DNA of 64,000 bases. Source: a virus. Of the stretch, positions 18,132-28,740 are shown one piece after another. The stretch's first letter is position 1. The number at the start of each line of letters is the position of its first letter. Below the pieces are notes generated by a model. It did no database searches, was not told the DNA's origin, and saw only the letters and a list, made by a program, of their open reading frames with translations. The DNA lies in the IMG/VR virus record IMGVR_UViG_3300007169_000025, positions 40,018-104,017 of that record. One strand, given 5' to 3'. The position numbers were made by a program, and so were the translations under genes.

Positions 18132-20018
18132 ATGAATGTTGCATTTGTGCAACCAAACTTCCAAACTGGCCCACGGCATCTAAATGCATTTTATTTGCCC
18201 TACACCGTGGGTATCCTTTGGTCATATGCTAGTCAGTATTCTCACATTAGCGAAAACTTTTCTGTAAAACATTGGATATTTAGAAGAGATCCAGTTGATC
18301 AGGTTGTTGCTCAATTATCAGAGTGCGAGATTGTATTTTTTAGTCTGTATGTTTGGAACAGAGAATATTGTTTCAAAATAGCTAAAAAACTAAAAGAACT
18401 AAATCCTAAAGTTTATACTGTATTTGGCGGCCCTGATTTGCCTCATCGTAATAAGAATCTCTTTGACGAATTTCCTTTTATTGACGTTGCTGTTATTGGC
18501 GAAGGCGAACACATGGTCTATGAAATATTAGATCAATATTTGCAAGGTAAAAAGCCTGTTAGACACAGAGCCCATGCACCAAGAATTCGTGACCTAGAAA
18601 TACCAAGCCCATACTTGACTGGTATATTTGATGAACTAATCGCTGCTCATCCAGACATCGAGTGGATGCCTACACTAGAGACTGACCGCGGTTGCCCGTA
18701 TAAGTGTACGTTCTGCGATTGGGGCAGTCTAACATCTAGTAAAGTAGTTAAATTTGGATTAGAACGTGTATTTGCTGAATTGGAGTGGTTTAGCAAAATG
18801 AAAATGCCATTTCTTACAATGACTAATGCTAACTTTGGTATTTTTAAAGAGCGCGATATTCTAATAACTGATAAGATAGTTGAACTTTCTAGAGAAACAG
18901 GATACCCTAGCGGTCTCGGCGTAAGCTATGCTAAGAACAGTAATAAAGATGTCTTTGACATCGTTAGAAAGTTTCAAGAAGTTAACATACAAACTGGATT
19001 TATTTTAAGTCTACAAACTACTACTGATGAAGTCCTAGAAAATGTTAAGCGTACTAACATGAATATCAATGATGTTTCGGAAATAGCAAATTATGGCAGA
19101 TCTTTGCAATTGCCAATCTTTACTGAAATCATTATGGGACTACCTGGCGAAACTTTAGAAAGCTGGAAACAGAATATTGAAAATATATTAGATGCTGGAC
19201 TGCACAACGGCATTGATGCGTTTCTACTAAACATGATAGAAAACGCACCTATGGTAGATGATATTGAAAAGTATGATTTAAAAACGTTTGCTGCATACGA
19301 TATGTTTTACGAAACATCAGATAGTTTAGAAGAATCTGATAGAGTTAATGAAACGATACAAGTTATCAAAAGTACTAGTACATTAACTGTAGAGGATTTG
19401 CTGGAAACAATCATCTACACATGGTTCGTTATTGGTTTTCATATACATGGTATATCTGATATTATTGCAATCTATTTAAGACGAGCAAAAAATGTATCCT
19501 ATAAAGAATTTTATGATAAGTTAATTGATCAAGTACGAAAAGATCAAAACATAATTGAATGGGAAAATAAAATTCGGCATGCATATTTAGATTGGCATAA
19601 TACTGGTATCTTTAAGTTAGACTTAATTGGTTTAAAGTTATCTAGTTGGCAAGTACCAAATTCTATGAGTTTAATCATGCATCAAACTGATACAGTTGAT
19701 CACTATATTGATACAGTGAAAGAATTTGTAATCGAGAATTATGATATTGACCCGGACATTATTAGCGATTATGAGGTATTATCAAAAAACAGAATTAAGC
19801 AGTGGGGTCGTTATAATATAACACCTAAGCAGATTTGTACAAAAACAACACTATTTGACTACACTCAAAACCTGTGTTATAATGTTACAAATGAACAACA
19901 ACAGTATTTGATTGCAGATAGGTATAACCAATTCCCTACAGAGCTGTCGCAACATATTGATTATGTTATATACGGCCGCCGAAAAATGTGGGTTTTAAAT
20001 GTGGTTGACAAACTCTAA
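18132..20018 (+). CDS. Cobalamin-binding radical SAM enzyme
   Basis: B12-binding N-domain (FSLYVWN, GGP, GEGE); RGCPYKCTFCDW CxxxCxxC; GLPGET. Confidence 0.9.
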   Translation: MNVAFVQPNFQTGPRHLNAFYLPYTVGILWSYASQYSHISENFSVKHWIFRRDPVDQVVAQLSECEIVFFSLYVWNREYCFKIAKKLKELNPKVYTVFGGPDLPHRNKNLFDEFPFIDVAVIGEGEHMVYEILDQYLQGKKPVRHRAHAPRIRDLEIPSPYLTGIFDELIAAHPDIEWMPTLETDRGCPYKCTFCDWGSLTSSKVVKFGLERVFAELEWFSKMKMPFLTMTNANFGIFKERDILITDKIVELSRETGYPSGLGVSYAKNSNKDVFDIVRKFQEVNIQTGFILSLQTTTDEVLENVKRTNMNINDVSEIANYGRSLQLPIFTEIIMGLPGETLESWKQNIENILDAGLHNGIDAFLLNMIENAPMVDDIEKYDLKTFAAYDMFYETSDSLEESDRVNETIQVIKSTSTLTVEDLLETIIYTWFVIGFHIHGISDIIAIYLRRAKNVSYKEFYDKLIDQVRKDQNIIEWENKIRHAYLDWHNTGIFKLDLIGLKLSSWQVPNSMSLIMHQTDTVDHYIDTVKEFVIENYDIDPDIISDYEVLSKNRIKQWGRYNITPKQICTKTTLFDYTQNLCYNVTNEQQQYLIADRYNQFPTELSQHIDYVIYGRRKMWVLNVVDKL

Positions 20019-20032
20019 ATTCCTGCTATACT
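20005..20032 (+). promoter_or_regulatory. Sigma70-type early promoter
   Basis: TTGACA-N16-TATACT with TGC extended -10. Confidence 0.75.
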
Positions 20033-20062
20033 GTATTTGTATTTGAAATTCAGGAGTAACTT

Positions 20063-21223
20063 GTGGCTAGAGCTAAAGCACCTAGAAAGTTATCTGTTAA
20101 CGGGTTTTCGGAACCCGAATGGCGTTTGGTCCAGCTGGACATGAAGCCCATTAGGATTAACGGAATCGAAAAAGATTATAATCGTTTGCTGTGGGAGGCT
20201 GACTCCTATGTGCATTCAGAGGTAGATGATAAAAAGAAGGCAGCATCTTTTATCAAATATTGTGAAAAGAATTTTGATAAAAAAAGTGCAGCCGCACTGA
20301 AGCGCCTACCTGAGTATAACTTTATTACAGTTGGTAAGATGGCTTACTTGCTGGAAAAAGGTGTAGCACTACCTGAACAGCGTATTGCTAAACTTAAAGA
20401 GTGCTATGAAGGCTTTCTAGTACAGGCTGCTAATTTAGAAAAGAAGAAAGCAGATGTTGAGGCTGTTAAGCCCAAGGCAGTTATTACTGTTAGTATTCAG
20501 CAGCGTATGAGGGAACAGGTTAGCGATCTATGCGCTCACTGGGATTATTTGTTAGACGAACTTTGTCGTAAGCGTCTCGATATTTCTACATTTGATCCTT
20601 ATAGCCAGATGCAAAGTTATAAGGATAATATGATTAAGGCAGCACATGCTAAGATCATTAAGGAAATGTACGAAGCACAACATTCTGAGGCAAGAGAAGT
20701 TGTAGCATGGAAAGACGAGCAGATCAAGGAAGGCTATGCCTATATGACTCCTAAGATGCGTAAGGAGTTCCTTGAATTTTACGAAAAGATTGCTATTGCC
20801 TGCGACACCTTTATCAATACAGGTAAGGCTGTACGCAAGACTAGAAAGAAAAAGCCTGTTAGCAAGGAAAAGGCAATTGGCAAGCTCAAATATAAGCAGA
20901 GTGAGCCAAGTTTGGGATTAGCTAGTATCAATCCAATGAACATTCTAGATGCTCAGGTACTTTGGGTATATAACACAAAGAACCGTAAATTGGGTGTATA
21001 TGTTGCTGAAGAACATCATAACCTTCAAGTTAAGGGTACAACAATCTTAGGCTTTAACGCAAAGCAGAGTGTACAAAAAACGCTACGCAAACCCGAATTG
21101 CTTAAGGGCGCCGATAAGCTGGCTCGAACTAAGTTTCAAAAGCTCTTTGAGGGGCTGAATGCGGTTGAAACCGAGATGAATGGGCGAATTAACGAGCATA
21201 CCCTGCTAATTAAGGTGTTCTAA
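20063..21223 (+). CDS. Phage hypothetical protein (early)
   Basis: 386-aa ORF, GTG start after aggag; C-term LWVYNTKNRKL...KTLRKP pattern. Confidence 0.75.
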   Translation: MARAKAPRKLSVNGFSEPEWRLVQLDMKPIRINGIEKDYNRLLWEADSYVHSEVDDKKKAASFIKYCEKNFDKKSAAALKRLPEYNFITVGKMAYLLEKGVALPEQRIAKLKECYEGFLVQAANLEKKKADVEAVKPKAVITVSIQQRMREQVSDLCAHWDYLLDELCRKRLDISTFDPYSQMQSYKDNMIKAAHAKIIKEMYEAQHSEAREVVAWKDEQIKEGYAYMTPKMRKEFLEFYEKIAIACDTFINTGKAVRKTRKKKPVSKEKAIGKLKYKQSEPSLGLASINPMNILDAQVLWVYNTKNRKLGVYVAEEHHNLQVKGTTILGFNAKQSVQKTLRKPELLKGADKLARTKFQKLFEGLNAVETEMNGRINEHTLLIKVF

Positions 21224-21224
21224 A

Positions 21225-21232
21225 GATAAATA
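21225..21232 (+). promoter_or_regulatory. Late promoter GATAAATA (leaderless, 5 nt before ATG 21238)
   Basis: gataaata-gtagt-atg. Confidence 0.75.
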
Positions 21233-21237
21233 GTAGT

Positions 21238-21996
21238 ATGGCAAATACTATCGGATACAGTAGCAGGGAAGACCTAATTAAGAGCTTGAAAAATCGCTTA
21301 GGCGATGGTATGGTTGATGTTGAGCTTGATCGCGAACATTACGATACTGCTATCGATATAGCTCTAGGCAAGTATAGACAACTAAGCAGCGGCTCAGTTG
21401 AAGAAAGCGTTATCTTTATTCAAACTCAGGGCGGCATAACAGAATATACTCTTCCCGATGAAGTTATTGAAGTGCGTCGACTGTATCGTAGAGGTATCGG
21501 TACAAACAGTGGCGGCGGCACAAACTTTGATCCTTTTGACGTAGCATTTAACAACATGTATATGCTACAAGCAGGTCAGATTGGTGGACTTGCTGTGTTT
21601 GATGCGTTTGCTCAGTACAAAGAAACAATTGGTCGTGTGTTTGGTAGCGAGTATAACTTCCTTTGGAATCGTAACACAAAGGTTCTAAAAATTCTTCGTA
21701 ATGTTAATCACGAAGAAGAAGTTGCAATCGGTGTTTATAACTTTATTCCTGAAACTATTTTGCTCGGCGACATTTATGCTAGCCAGTGGTTAGCATCTTA
21801 CTCTCTAGCACATTGTAAATTAATGTTAGGCGAGGCTCGCAGCAAGTATGCTAGCGGCTTACCGGGCGCCGGCGGTGCTATTCAGCTCAACGGTGCTGAC
21901 CTCAAAGCAGAAGGCAAAGCAGAAATTGATGAGTTGTTGGTAGCTCTTCATAATATGGAAGAAGGTAATAGTCCTTTGGGCTTTATTATAGGTTAA
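21238..21996 (+). CDS. Neck protein, T4 gp13-like
   Basis: LG...VDVEL, LGEARSKY..LPG..G...LNG..LK.EG, PLGFIIG C-terminus. Confidence 0.8.
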   Translation: MANTIGYSSREDLIKSLKNRLGDGMVDVELDREHYDTAIDIALGKYRQLSSGSVEESVIFIQTQGGITEYTLPDEVIEVRRLYRRGIGTNSGGGTNFDPFDVAFNNMYMLQAGQIGGLAVFDAFAQYKETIGRVFGSEYNFLWNRNTKVLKILRNVNHEEEVAIGVYNFIPETILLGDIYASQWLASYSLAHCKLMLGEARSKYASGLPGAGGAIQLNGADLKAEGKAEIDELLVALHNMEEGNSPLGFIIG

Positions 21997-21998
21997 TA

Positions 21999-22652
21999 AT
22001 GATTATTGGATTAGTTGGTTTCATTGGCAGTGGTAAGGATACTGTTGCTAGTAGGTTTATTTCGTACGGCTGTGTTAAAGATAGTTTTGCAGCACCACTT
22101 AAAGATGCGTGTGCAGCTATTTTTGGCTGGCGCCGCGAGCTACTTGAAGGCGATACAGTAGAAAGCAGAGAGTTTCGGGAAACACCAGATATGTTCTGGG
22201 CTCGCAAACTAGGTATTGATAATTTTACTCCACGTCTTGCACTTCAACTAGTTGGCACAGACGTTCTTCGTAATCACTTTCATCAAGACATTTGGCTATC
22301 AAGTTTAGAGTATAGATTTAGGATCAAAAATAACGACCAAAATGTTGTTATCAGCGATGCTAGATTTAGAAATGAACTTGAGCTTATTAAGAGCTTAAAC
22401 GGAATCATCGTTTGGGTTCAACGCGGTGAATTGCCACAATGGTTTGATGACGCTGTTAAGGCTAACGAAGGCAATGCTATTGCTCGCAAAATAATGCAAA
22501 CTCGTTGGCGCGATGTTCACGAAAGTGAATGGAATTGGGCAGGCTTTCCGGTTGATTATGTAATTAATAATAACGGTAGCATGGAAGATCTAGACAAACT
22601 TGTAAATGATCTTCAACGTAATTTGTTTAAGACTCACCTTAGCGTGATCTGA
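21999..22652 (+). CDS. Deoxynucleoside monophosphate kinase (T4 gp1-like)
   Basis: GFIGSGKDT, SFAAPLKD, PRLALQLVGTD, SDARFRNE. Confidence 0.9.
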   Translation: MIIGLVGFIGSGKDTVASRFISYGCVKDSFAAPLKDACAAIFGWRRELLEGDTVESREFRETPDMFWARKLGIDNFTPRLALQLVGTDVLRNHFHQDIWLSSLEYRFRIKNNDQNVVISDARFRNELELIKSLNGIIVWVQRGELPQWFDDAVKANEGNAIARKIMQTRWRDVHESEWNWAGFPVDYVINNNGSMEDLDKLVNDLQRNLFKTHLSVI

Positions 22653-22765
22653 GGCTATTTAGCTTTTTTTGTTATTTTTAAATCTTGCTTCTCCTAATAA
22701 TACCGGTTTAGGTGTGTTTTGCATAAATATATGCATCAAAACCAACCTTTTATGGGAGAACAAGA

Positions 22766-25555
22766 ATGGCAAGAACATTAGTATCACCAGGCGTAAGTGT
22801 AAGCGTAACTGACGAAAGTTTCTACGCTCCAGCTGGTACTGGTACAGTTCCGCTAATAGTCATCGCAACAGCTCAAGACAAGAGCTCACCTGATGGCAGC
22901 GGAACAGCAGCATACACTACAGCCGCAGAAGCAGCTAACGTCAAGTTGATTACAAGTCAGCGTGACCTATTAACAAATTACGGCAACCCAATTTTCAAAT
23001 CTTCGGGCGGCACAGCACTACATGGTCATGAATTAAACGAATATGGCCTACTAGCGGCATACAGTTTCCTAGGTATTGCAAATCGTGCATATATCCTTCG
23101 CGCAGATATTGATCTAGATCAGTTAGCCGCAAGCTCAGTTGCACCATCAGGCGATCCAGCAGACGGCACTTATTGGTTAGACTCATCTTCAACAATTTGG
23201 GGTCTAAAGCGTTGGAGTGGTACTGCATGGGTACGCCAGACAGTTAAAATACCAGCAGTTGCAGATTTAGCAGCAGGTAACGTTCCTAAAACAGCATATG
23301 GTGTTAACGGTGATTATGCTGTAGTTTACTTTACAACAACAGGCGCAACTGCACCAACAATTAAATTCTATCATAAGATTGGCGGTCAGTGGTATCACAT
23401 TGGTTCAACTGCATGGGACTCAGCATCAAGCGCCGATTTCCAAGAAGCTAGTTATTTAGATCTTCCAGGAACTCGCAGCGGCGGCGGCAGTTTGGTTGCC
23501 GGCGACCTAATGCTACAAAAAGAACCACAAAATAATGGTACAACATTAAGCGTTAAAGTATATGATTCAGCTTCCGGACAATTTACTGCTGAAGACGTTG
23601 TAATTAGAGACCTTTCATATCAGGCTCTAACCGCTTACAACATGAATCCACCTACAGGTGCTTTATGGGCAGATACCGTAACAGGTGAAGCAACATTAAG
23701 ATTGAAGCGTTGGAACGGCGAAGGTACTGTTACCGCTACACCAACTTCAGCAGCCGCTGCTAATGCGGTTGTACTAGCTAACCATGCTAACAAGATATCA
23801 CTAGCATTTACATTTGGTGATGGTACACCAGTTAATGTTACATTTACAAGCGGTAACGTTAATGCTACAGTTGACGATATGGTTACTGATATCAATAATG
23901 CTATTAGCGGTGCTAATGCTACACTTTCAAGAACCAGTACTGCAATTGCAGCTAATGTTAGCGGTTTACTAACAATTACTAATACTAGCGGTTTTGATAT
24001 CGTACTCAGCGCAGGTAACGTTGCAGGTTTTGATCCAACAGATCTAAACTTCCTCACCGACTTGCCATATTCAAACTGGGAATCGTTAAGCTATGAAGTT
24101 AGTGCATCTGAATTAACAGGTGATACTGCTAACGGAACTTTATGGTACGACGACAATATTACTCCTGAAAACATCGACTTATTATATAATAATGCCGGTA
24201 CTTGGACAACATTTAATGTTGACATTCAGGTAACACCAACAGAACCAACTACACGATCAAACGGAGTATCTGCATTGACCGGTGATGAAGTTTGGATTGA
24301 CAGTAGCGACTTAGAAAACTTCCCAAAGATTTATATTTGGGATGGCGGCGCCGATGAATGGGTCCTTGTTGACAACACTGATCAGGTAACTGATATGGGT
24401 GTAGTTTTTGCTGATTTCCGTGCAGATGCAAACAGTCCAATTGACGCAGATGCTCCATCAGCAGCTGAATATCCAAATCTAATTTTAGGTTGGAATACTC
24501 GTGCTAGTGGCGGTAACGTCAAGCAGTGGGTAGTTGGCCATACACATGAAGGTGTATTGGTTGGCGACCGTTGGGTAAATTACAGTGGCAATAAGAGCAA
24601 CGGTGCTCCTCATATGCTACGCAAAGCACAACGTCGCGCAGTTGTAAAACAAATGCAGGCTGCTATTACTAGCAACACTGACATTCGTAACGAAGTAAAT
24701 CGTTTCAATCTAATTGCAGCACCTGGATATCCAGAGCTACTAGATGAAATGATTAGCTTGAATGTGGATCGTAAGGAAACAGCATTTATTGTTGCTGATG
24801 CTCCTCTACGTTTAGCAGCAAGTTCAACAGCAACTCAAGCATGGGCAACTAACTCAAATAATGCAGAAGAAAATGGTGAAGACGGTCTAGTAAGCAGCAA
24901 TGCTTATGCGGCAGTATATTATCCACATGGCTTAACAACAAACCTAGACGGTACAAACGTTGTTGTTCCAGCAAGTCACATTGCACTACGCACACTTGCT
25001 TATAACGATAATGTTGCTTTCCCATGGTTCGCACCAGCTGGCTTCCAGCGCGGTATTGTAACTAATGCAACAGGCTTAGGTTACATTAATTCTGCAACAG
25101 CAGAGTTTGTGAGCGTTGCACTAAGCGAAGGTCAAAGAGATAGCTTGTATATCAACAAGCTCAACCCAATCAGCAACTTCCCAGGAAGAGGTATTGCTGT
25201 GTTTGGTCAGAAGACTCTAAACCCAAGCGCAAGTGCATTGGATCGTATTAACGTAGCACGTCTAGTTGTTTACATTCGTGAACGCTTAGACGATATCGTT
25301 AAGCCATTCTTGTTTGAACCAAACGATGAAGTTACACGTCAGAACGCTAAGGTTGTAGTTGACCGTTTCCTAGGTCAGCTAGTAACACAGCGTGGCTTGT
25401 TTGACTTCCTAACAGTTTGTGATACAACAAACAACACACCTGCAAGAATTGACCGCAATGAACTACACATTGATGTTGCCATTCAGCCAATTAAGGCAGT
25501 TGAGTTTATCTATATTCCAATTCGTATCCAGAACACACTTGGTACAACTGGTTAA
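22766..25555 (+). CDS. Tail sheath protein (gp18-like) with inserted domains
   Basis: LVSPGVSVSVTDES N-term; WFAPAG..RG, GQKTL, RINVARL, FEPND, EFIYIP C-term; CATAAATA promoter 22722-22729 and ggaga SD. Confidence 0.95.
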   Translation: MARTLVSPGVSVSVTDESFYAPAGTGTVPLIVIATAQDKSSPDGSGTAAYTTAAEAANVKLITSQRDLLTNYGNPIFKSSGGTALHGHELNEYGLLAAYSFLGIANRAYILRADIDLDQLAASSVAPSGDPADGTYWLDSSSTIWGLKRWSGTAWVRQTVKIPAVADLAAGNVPKTAYGVNGDYAVVYFTTTGATAPTIKFYHKIGGQWYHIGSTAWDSASSADFQEASYLDLPGTRSGGGSLVAGDLMLQKEPQNNGTTLSVKVYDSASGQFTAEDVVIRDLSYQALTAYNMNPPTGALWADTVTGEATLRLKRWNGEGTVTATPTSAAAANAVVLANHANKISLAFTFGDGTPVNVTFTSGNVNATVDDMVTDINNAISGANATLSRTSTAIAANVSGLLTITNTSGFDIVLSAGNVAGFDPTDLNFLTDLPYSNWESLSYEVSASELTGDTANGTLWYDDNITPENIDLLYNNAGTWTTFNVDIQVTPTEPTTRSNGVSALTGDEVWIDSSDLENFPKIYIWDGGADEWVLVDNTDQVTDMGVVFADFRADANSPIDADAPSAAEYPNLILGWNTRASGGNVKQWVVGHTHEGVLVGDRWVNYSGNKSNGAPHMLRKAQRRAVVKQMQAAITSNTDIRNEVNRFNLIAAPGYPELLDEMISLNVDRKETAFIVADAPLRLAASSTATQAWATNSNNAEENGEDGLVSSNAYAAVYYPHGLTTNLDGTNVVVPASHIALRTLAYNDNVAFPWFAPAGFQRGIVTNATGLGYINSATAEFVSVALSEGQRDSLYINKLNPISNFPGRGIAVFGQKTLNPSASALDRINVARLVVYIRERLDDIVKPFLFEPNDEVTRQNAKVVVDRFLGQLVTQRGLFDFLTVCDTTNNTPARIDRNELHIDVAIQPIKAVEFIYIPIRIQNTLGTTG

Positions 25556-25578
25556 TAGATTTCACAATAGTGAAACAG

Positions 25579-25608
25579 GAAAAGGGGCAGAAATGCCCCT
25601 TTTCTTTT
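25579..25608 (+). terminator. Intrinsic terminator
   Basis: gaaaaggggca-gaaa-tgccccttttc + tttt. Confidence 0.85.
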
Positions 25609-25709
25609 GGAATTAAAACAAGAGTTTATGATTTTTGAAATAATATGATAAATATCTACATACAAAACTTATTTAAGTTTTAACTTTTTACAGTTCGTAG
25701 GAGAACAAG

Positions 25710-26348
25710 ATGGCAAATATCAACACATCGGAAACCAAGAGTAAGTTTGGTGTTCCAATTACCGGTACAAGTGGTTCAGGCATTTTGATGCCTAAGCTAA
25801 AGTATCGTTTCCGTGTTAGCTTTTTAGGTGGTTTCGGTGGTGAAGCTGAATCAAGAGTTTTAACACAAAACGTTCAGAACGTTACCCGTCCTAAGATTAC
25901 ATATGAAGAAGTAACACTTGATAGTTACAACTCAAAGGCATATGTACAAGGCAAGCACTCATGGGAACAGGTAACTGTTGTGCTACGTGATGATATCAGC
26001 AACAGCGTAACAAAGATGGTAGGTTCTCAAGTACAGCGTCAGGTAAATCACTTCCAGCAAACAACCGCTGCCGCAGGTTCAGACTATAAGTTTGACATGC
26101 AGATTGAAGTGCTTGACGGTGTTAACGCTGGCGCAAGTGAAGTTTGGTTCTTAGAAGGTTGCTTCTTAACAAACGTTGACTATAGCGATGCTGATTACAG
26201 CGCAAACGATCCTGTACAGATTACTCTACAGGTTCGCTTTGATAACGCAACACACTATCAGGGTGATAATGATGTTAACGGTCGTGTAACAGCAGGTAAT
26301 CCATTCCCTGAAGCAGTAGCATTTAACGAACCTGGTACAGGCGTTTAA
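25710..26348 (+). CDS. Tail tube protein (gp19-like)
   Basis: PKLKYRFRV, VTRP, GKHSW, W.LEGCF...DY...I.LQVRFDNA; follows sheath; GATAAATA 25647-25654 and aggag SD. Confidence 0.85.
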   Translation: MANINTSETKSKFGVPITGTSGSGILMPKLKYRFRVSFLGGFGGEAESRVLTQNVQNVTRPKITYEEVTLDSYNSKAYVQGKHSWEQVTVVLRDDISNSVTKMVGSQVQRQVNHFQQTTAAAGSDYKFDMQIEVLDGVNAGASEVWFLEGCFLTNVDYSDADYSANDPVQITLQVRFDNATHYQGDNDVNGRVTAGNPFPEAVAFNEPGTGV

Positions 26349-26382
26349 TAGGTTAGAGGAAAAAGTATAGCGGAGTCTCGTC

Positions 26383-27786
26383 ATGGGTTTATTTGATAAA
26401 CTAGGCATAGGATCAGGACGATCATTTTATGCCCGAGACTTCCGCAATGCCTATCACCTAAGACCTGATAATAATCCTCCTCGACAAAAGTTTCAAGGCT
26501 ATGTAAACTTTGTTCTTAATAGATCATTGTTTGCTAGCCTTTTTGGATCAGTTGATAATAATGTTTTTAGAACACAAATTAGTAGTTTAGTTCGCAAGGC
26601 ATCTTTGCCAGACATTACATTTAAAACTGAAACTAAAAATTCATATAATCGTAAAAAAATAATTCAAACAGGCGTCGACTATTCTCCTGTCTCGCTTACT
26701 GTTATGGATACAGTGGGTAATGAGTGGCTATCATTGATAATGAAATATTATGCATACCACTTTATGAATGTCAGAAATAAGACATTAAGAAATGATAGAG
26801 ACCCAGTAAAACCTGCAAGTACTAGCACACTAATATCTAACTCAGCATTTGGTGGCTTTGCCGGCGCAATGAAGCAAGCAACCGGCGAACCAAATTTTGA
26901 TCAAGAAACTACATTTGACAGTAATGCCTATGGTTATAACGTTAACCAAGATCCAAACTTCTTTGAAAGAGTTGATTTTATATTATACCATGCAAACAAA
27001 GGTGTTCAGTATAGTATTATAAATCCTACACTAAAGTCAATAAAAATGGGTGACATTGACTACTCATCTAGTGATATATTTGAATATGAATTAGAATTTG
27101 ATTATGAGAATTTTGTACCTTATAGTGTAACTAACTTTGTTTTAAACGATGCCGATGTGCAACGATTTGAGCAAGCGTATAAATTTATTGGCCCAGCATT
27201 CGAAGAAGGCCGCAAACCAATTGCAATTGGAACCACTGCTTCACCGTCCAATAAAGACGGCAGCGTCAGTACATTAGACTTTTTAGGTATACCAAATGGC
27301 GCAGCAACAGGAACGGCACAACCTCGAGCAGGTCAGCCTAAACCAGTTCAACCGGCACAGGCCGGAAGCCCACCACCCGCAGGCCAGCAGCCACAATCTG
27401 CACCACAATCGCAACCTGCCGCTAAAGATGCAGCAGGCGCAGCAGGCAAAGATGCATCCGCAACAGCCGCCGCAACAGTACCTGGTCTCATTCAAGGCGA
27501 GAAGAAAGCCAAGTTGCCTGATGTATACGGTGATTCAGCTAAGTTTGCATCTGCAATAGGTAAAACTAAGAAAGCAAGTTTCTTAGAAAATCTAGTAGGC
27601 AATGCAGCAGGAGCAGCATTAGGCGCAGCAATAAGCGGCAAAAACATTAAAAATGCTGTAGTTGGGTCAGTGATAGGTACTGGTGTTAGTGCAATCTCAA
27701 ATAATGCAAACAATAGATCTAGGCCGGCAGCAAATAGAGGACAAACACCTCCGCCCGCTACTGAAAAGCCTAATCAGACACCATAA
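26383..27786 (+). CDS. Tail-tube-like baseplate/tube initiator (gp48/gp54-like) with low-complexity C-terminus
   Basis: LP...F..E..N.YN.K, DYSPVSLT..D, DIDYS...LEFDYE tube-fold pattern; follows tube gene. Confidence 0.6.
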   Translation: MGLFDKLGIGSGRSFYARDFRNAYHLRPDNNPPRQKFQGYVNFVLNRSLFASLFGSVDNNVFRTQISSLVRKASLPDITFKTETKNSYNRKKIIQTGVDYSPVSLTVMDTVGNEWLSLIMKYYAYHFMNVRNKTLRNDRDPVKPASTSTLISNSAFGGFAGAMKQATGEPNFDQETTFDSNAYGYNVNQDPNFFERVDFILYHANKGVQYSIINPTLKSIKMGDIDYSSSDIFEYELEFDYENFVPYSVTNFVLNDADVQRFEQAYKFIGPAFEEGRKPIAIGTTASPSNKDGSVSTLDFLGIPNGAATGTAQPRAGQPKPVQPAQAGSPPPAGQQPQSAPQSQPAAKDAAGAAGKDASATAAATVPGLIQGEKKAKLPDVYGDSAKFASAIGKTKKASFLENLVGNAAGAALGAAISGKNIKNAVVGSVIGTGVSAISNNANNRSRPAANRGQTPPPATEKPNQTP

Positions 27787-27795
27787 GGATAGGAT

Positions 27796-28260
27796 ATGGC
27801 TATTACTAGTAGTTCACAAAATATTAATGGCTCATCCTCAATGTTTGAGACCTTTGGTAATGAAAACAAGCAAACTATATCTAGATCTACACTAGTTCAG
27901 TACTTGGAAAATTCTACTGTTAGTTTTCCTTTACCTGAAGCTAGTACAAGTATTCTAGCAACACTTCGTACTGATGAAAAAGAAGTAATTGACCCAATGT
28001 TGCTGGATCAAGTAATTCGTCATTTGATTATTGCAGGTTTTGAAGAAGCTAATGCTAAAGCTATGGCTGACATTTTAATGCAAACTGCAAAGAAACAGGG
28101 TGTCAATCCTTTAACTTATTTTGAAATGAACGATTATACATTACAGTTAACAAACGATACATATAAAGTTCTTAATGCTCTGATGCCACCAGGTAATAGA
28201 ATTGGCCTCGTAGCGCCTAAGGTTAACAGTAACGTCAAGCAAGTATATACAGCGAAGTAA
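27796..28260 (+). CDS. Hypothetical protein (structural region)
   Basis: 154-aa ORF with SD. Confidence 0.7.
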   Translation: MAITSSSQNINGSSSMFETFGNENKQTISRSTLVQYLENSTVSFPLPEASTSILATLRTDEKEVIDPMLLDQVIRHLIIAGFEEANAKAMADILMQTAKKQGVNPLTYFEMNDYTLQLTNDTYKVLNALMPPGNRIGLVAPKVNSNVKQVYTAK

Positions 28261-28261
28261 T

Positions 28262-28732
28262 ATGTCGGCATTCGCACAAGGTGTTTATACTGTGCAGAAC
28301 CCTGCAAAATATGTAGGAAGTAAAGCACCTTATTTTCGTAGCAGTTGGGAATTAACATTCATGCGTATGTGTGACATGCATCCTAACATTGTAAAATGGG
28401 CAAACGAAAGTATAGCTATTCCTTATCGTAATCCGTTCACTGGAAAACATGCAAATTATATTCCAGACTTTATGATTCAATATGTGGATAAAGATGGCCG
28501 GGAGCATGTTGAACTTATTGAAATCAAACCAGCATCACAGACCACATTAGAAGCAGCTAGAAGCAAGCAGCAACAGGCTCAAGCTACATTAAATGCTGCC
28601 AAATGGACCGCTGCACAAGAATGGTGCGCTAGAAAAGGCATACGATTTAAGGTTCTCAATGAAGATCAAATCTTTCAAACTAAAAAGAAAAGAAATCCTA
28701 GAAGCCGTATTGCTAAGAAGAAAAAGCAATAA
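28262..28732 (+). CDS. Head completion nuclease, T4 gp4-like (TnsA-like PD-(D/E)XK)
   Basis: NP.KY.G, RSSWE, YIPDF, IEIKP, AKW.AA..WC. Confidence 0.88.
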   Translation: MSAFAQGVYTVQNPAKYVGSKAPYFRSSWELTFMRMCDMHPNIVKWANESIAIPYRNPFTGKHANYIPDFMIQYVDKDGREHVELIEIKPASQTTLEAARSKQQQAQATLNAAKWTAAQEWCARKGIRFKVLNEDQIFQTKKKRNPRSRIAKKKKQ

Positions 28733-28740
28733 GTAGTGTT

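Noticed and set aside
19855-19883. TTGACT...TATAAT inside the radical SAM gene
   Set aside because: Could be a real upstream promoter for 20063, but it is intragenic in AT-rich sequence and a better-placed promoter exists at 20005
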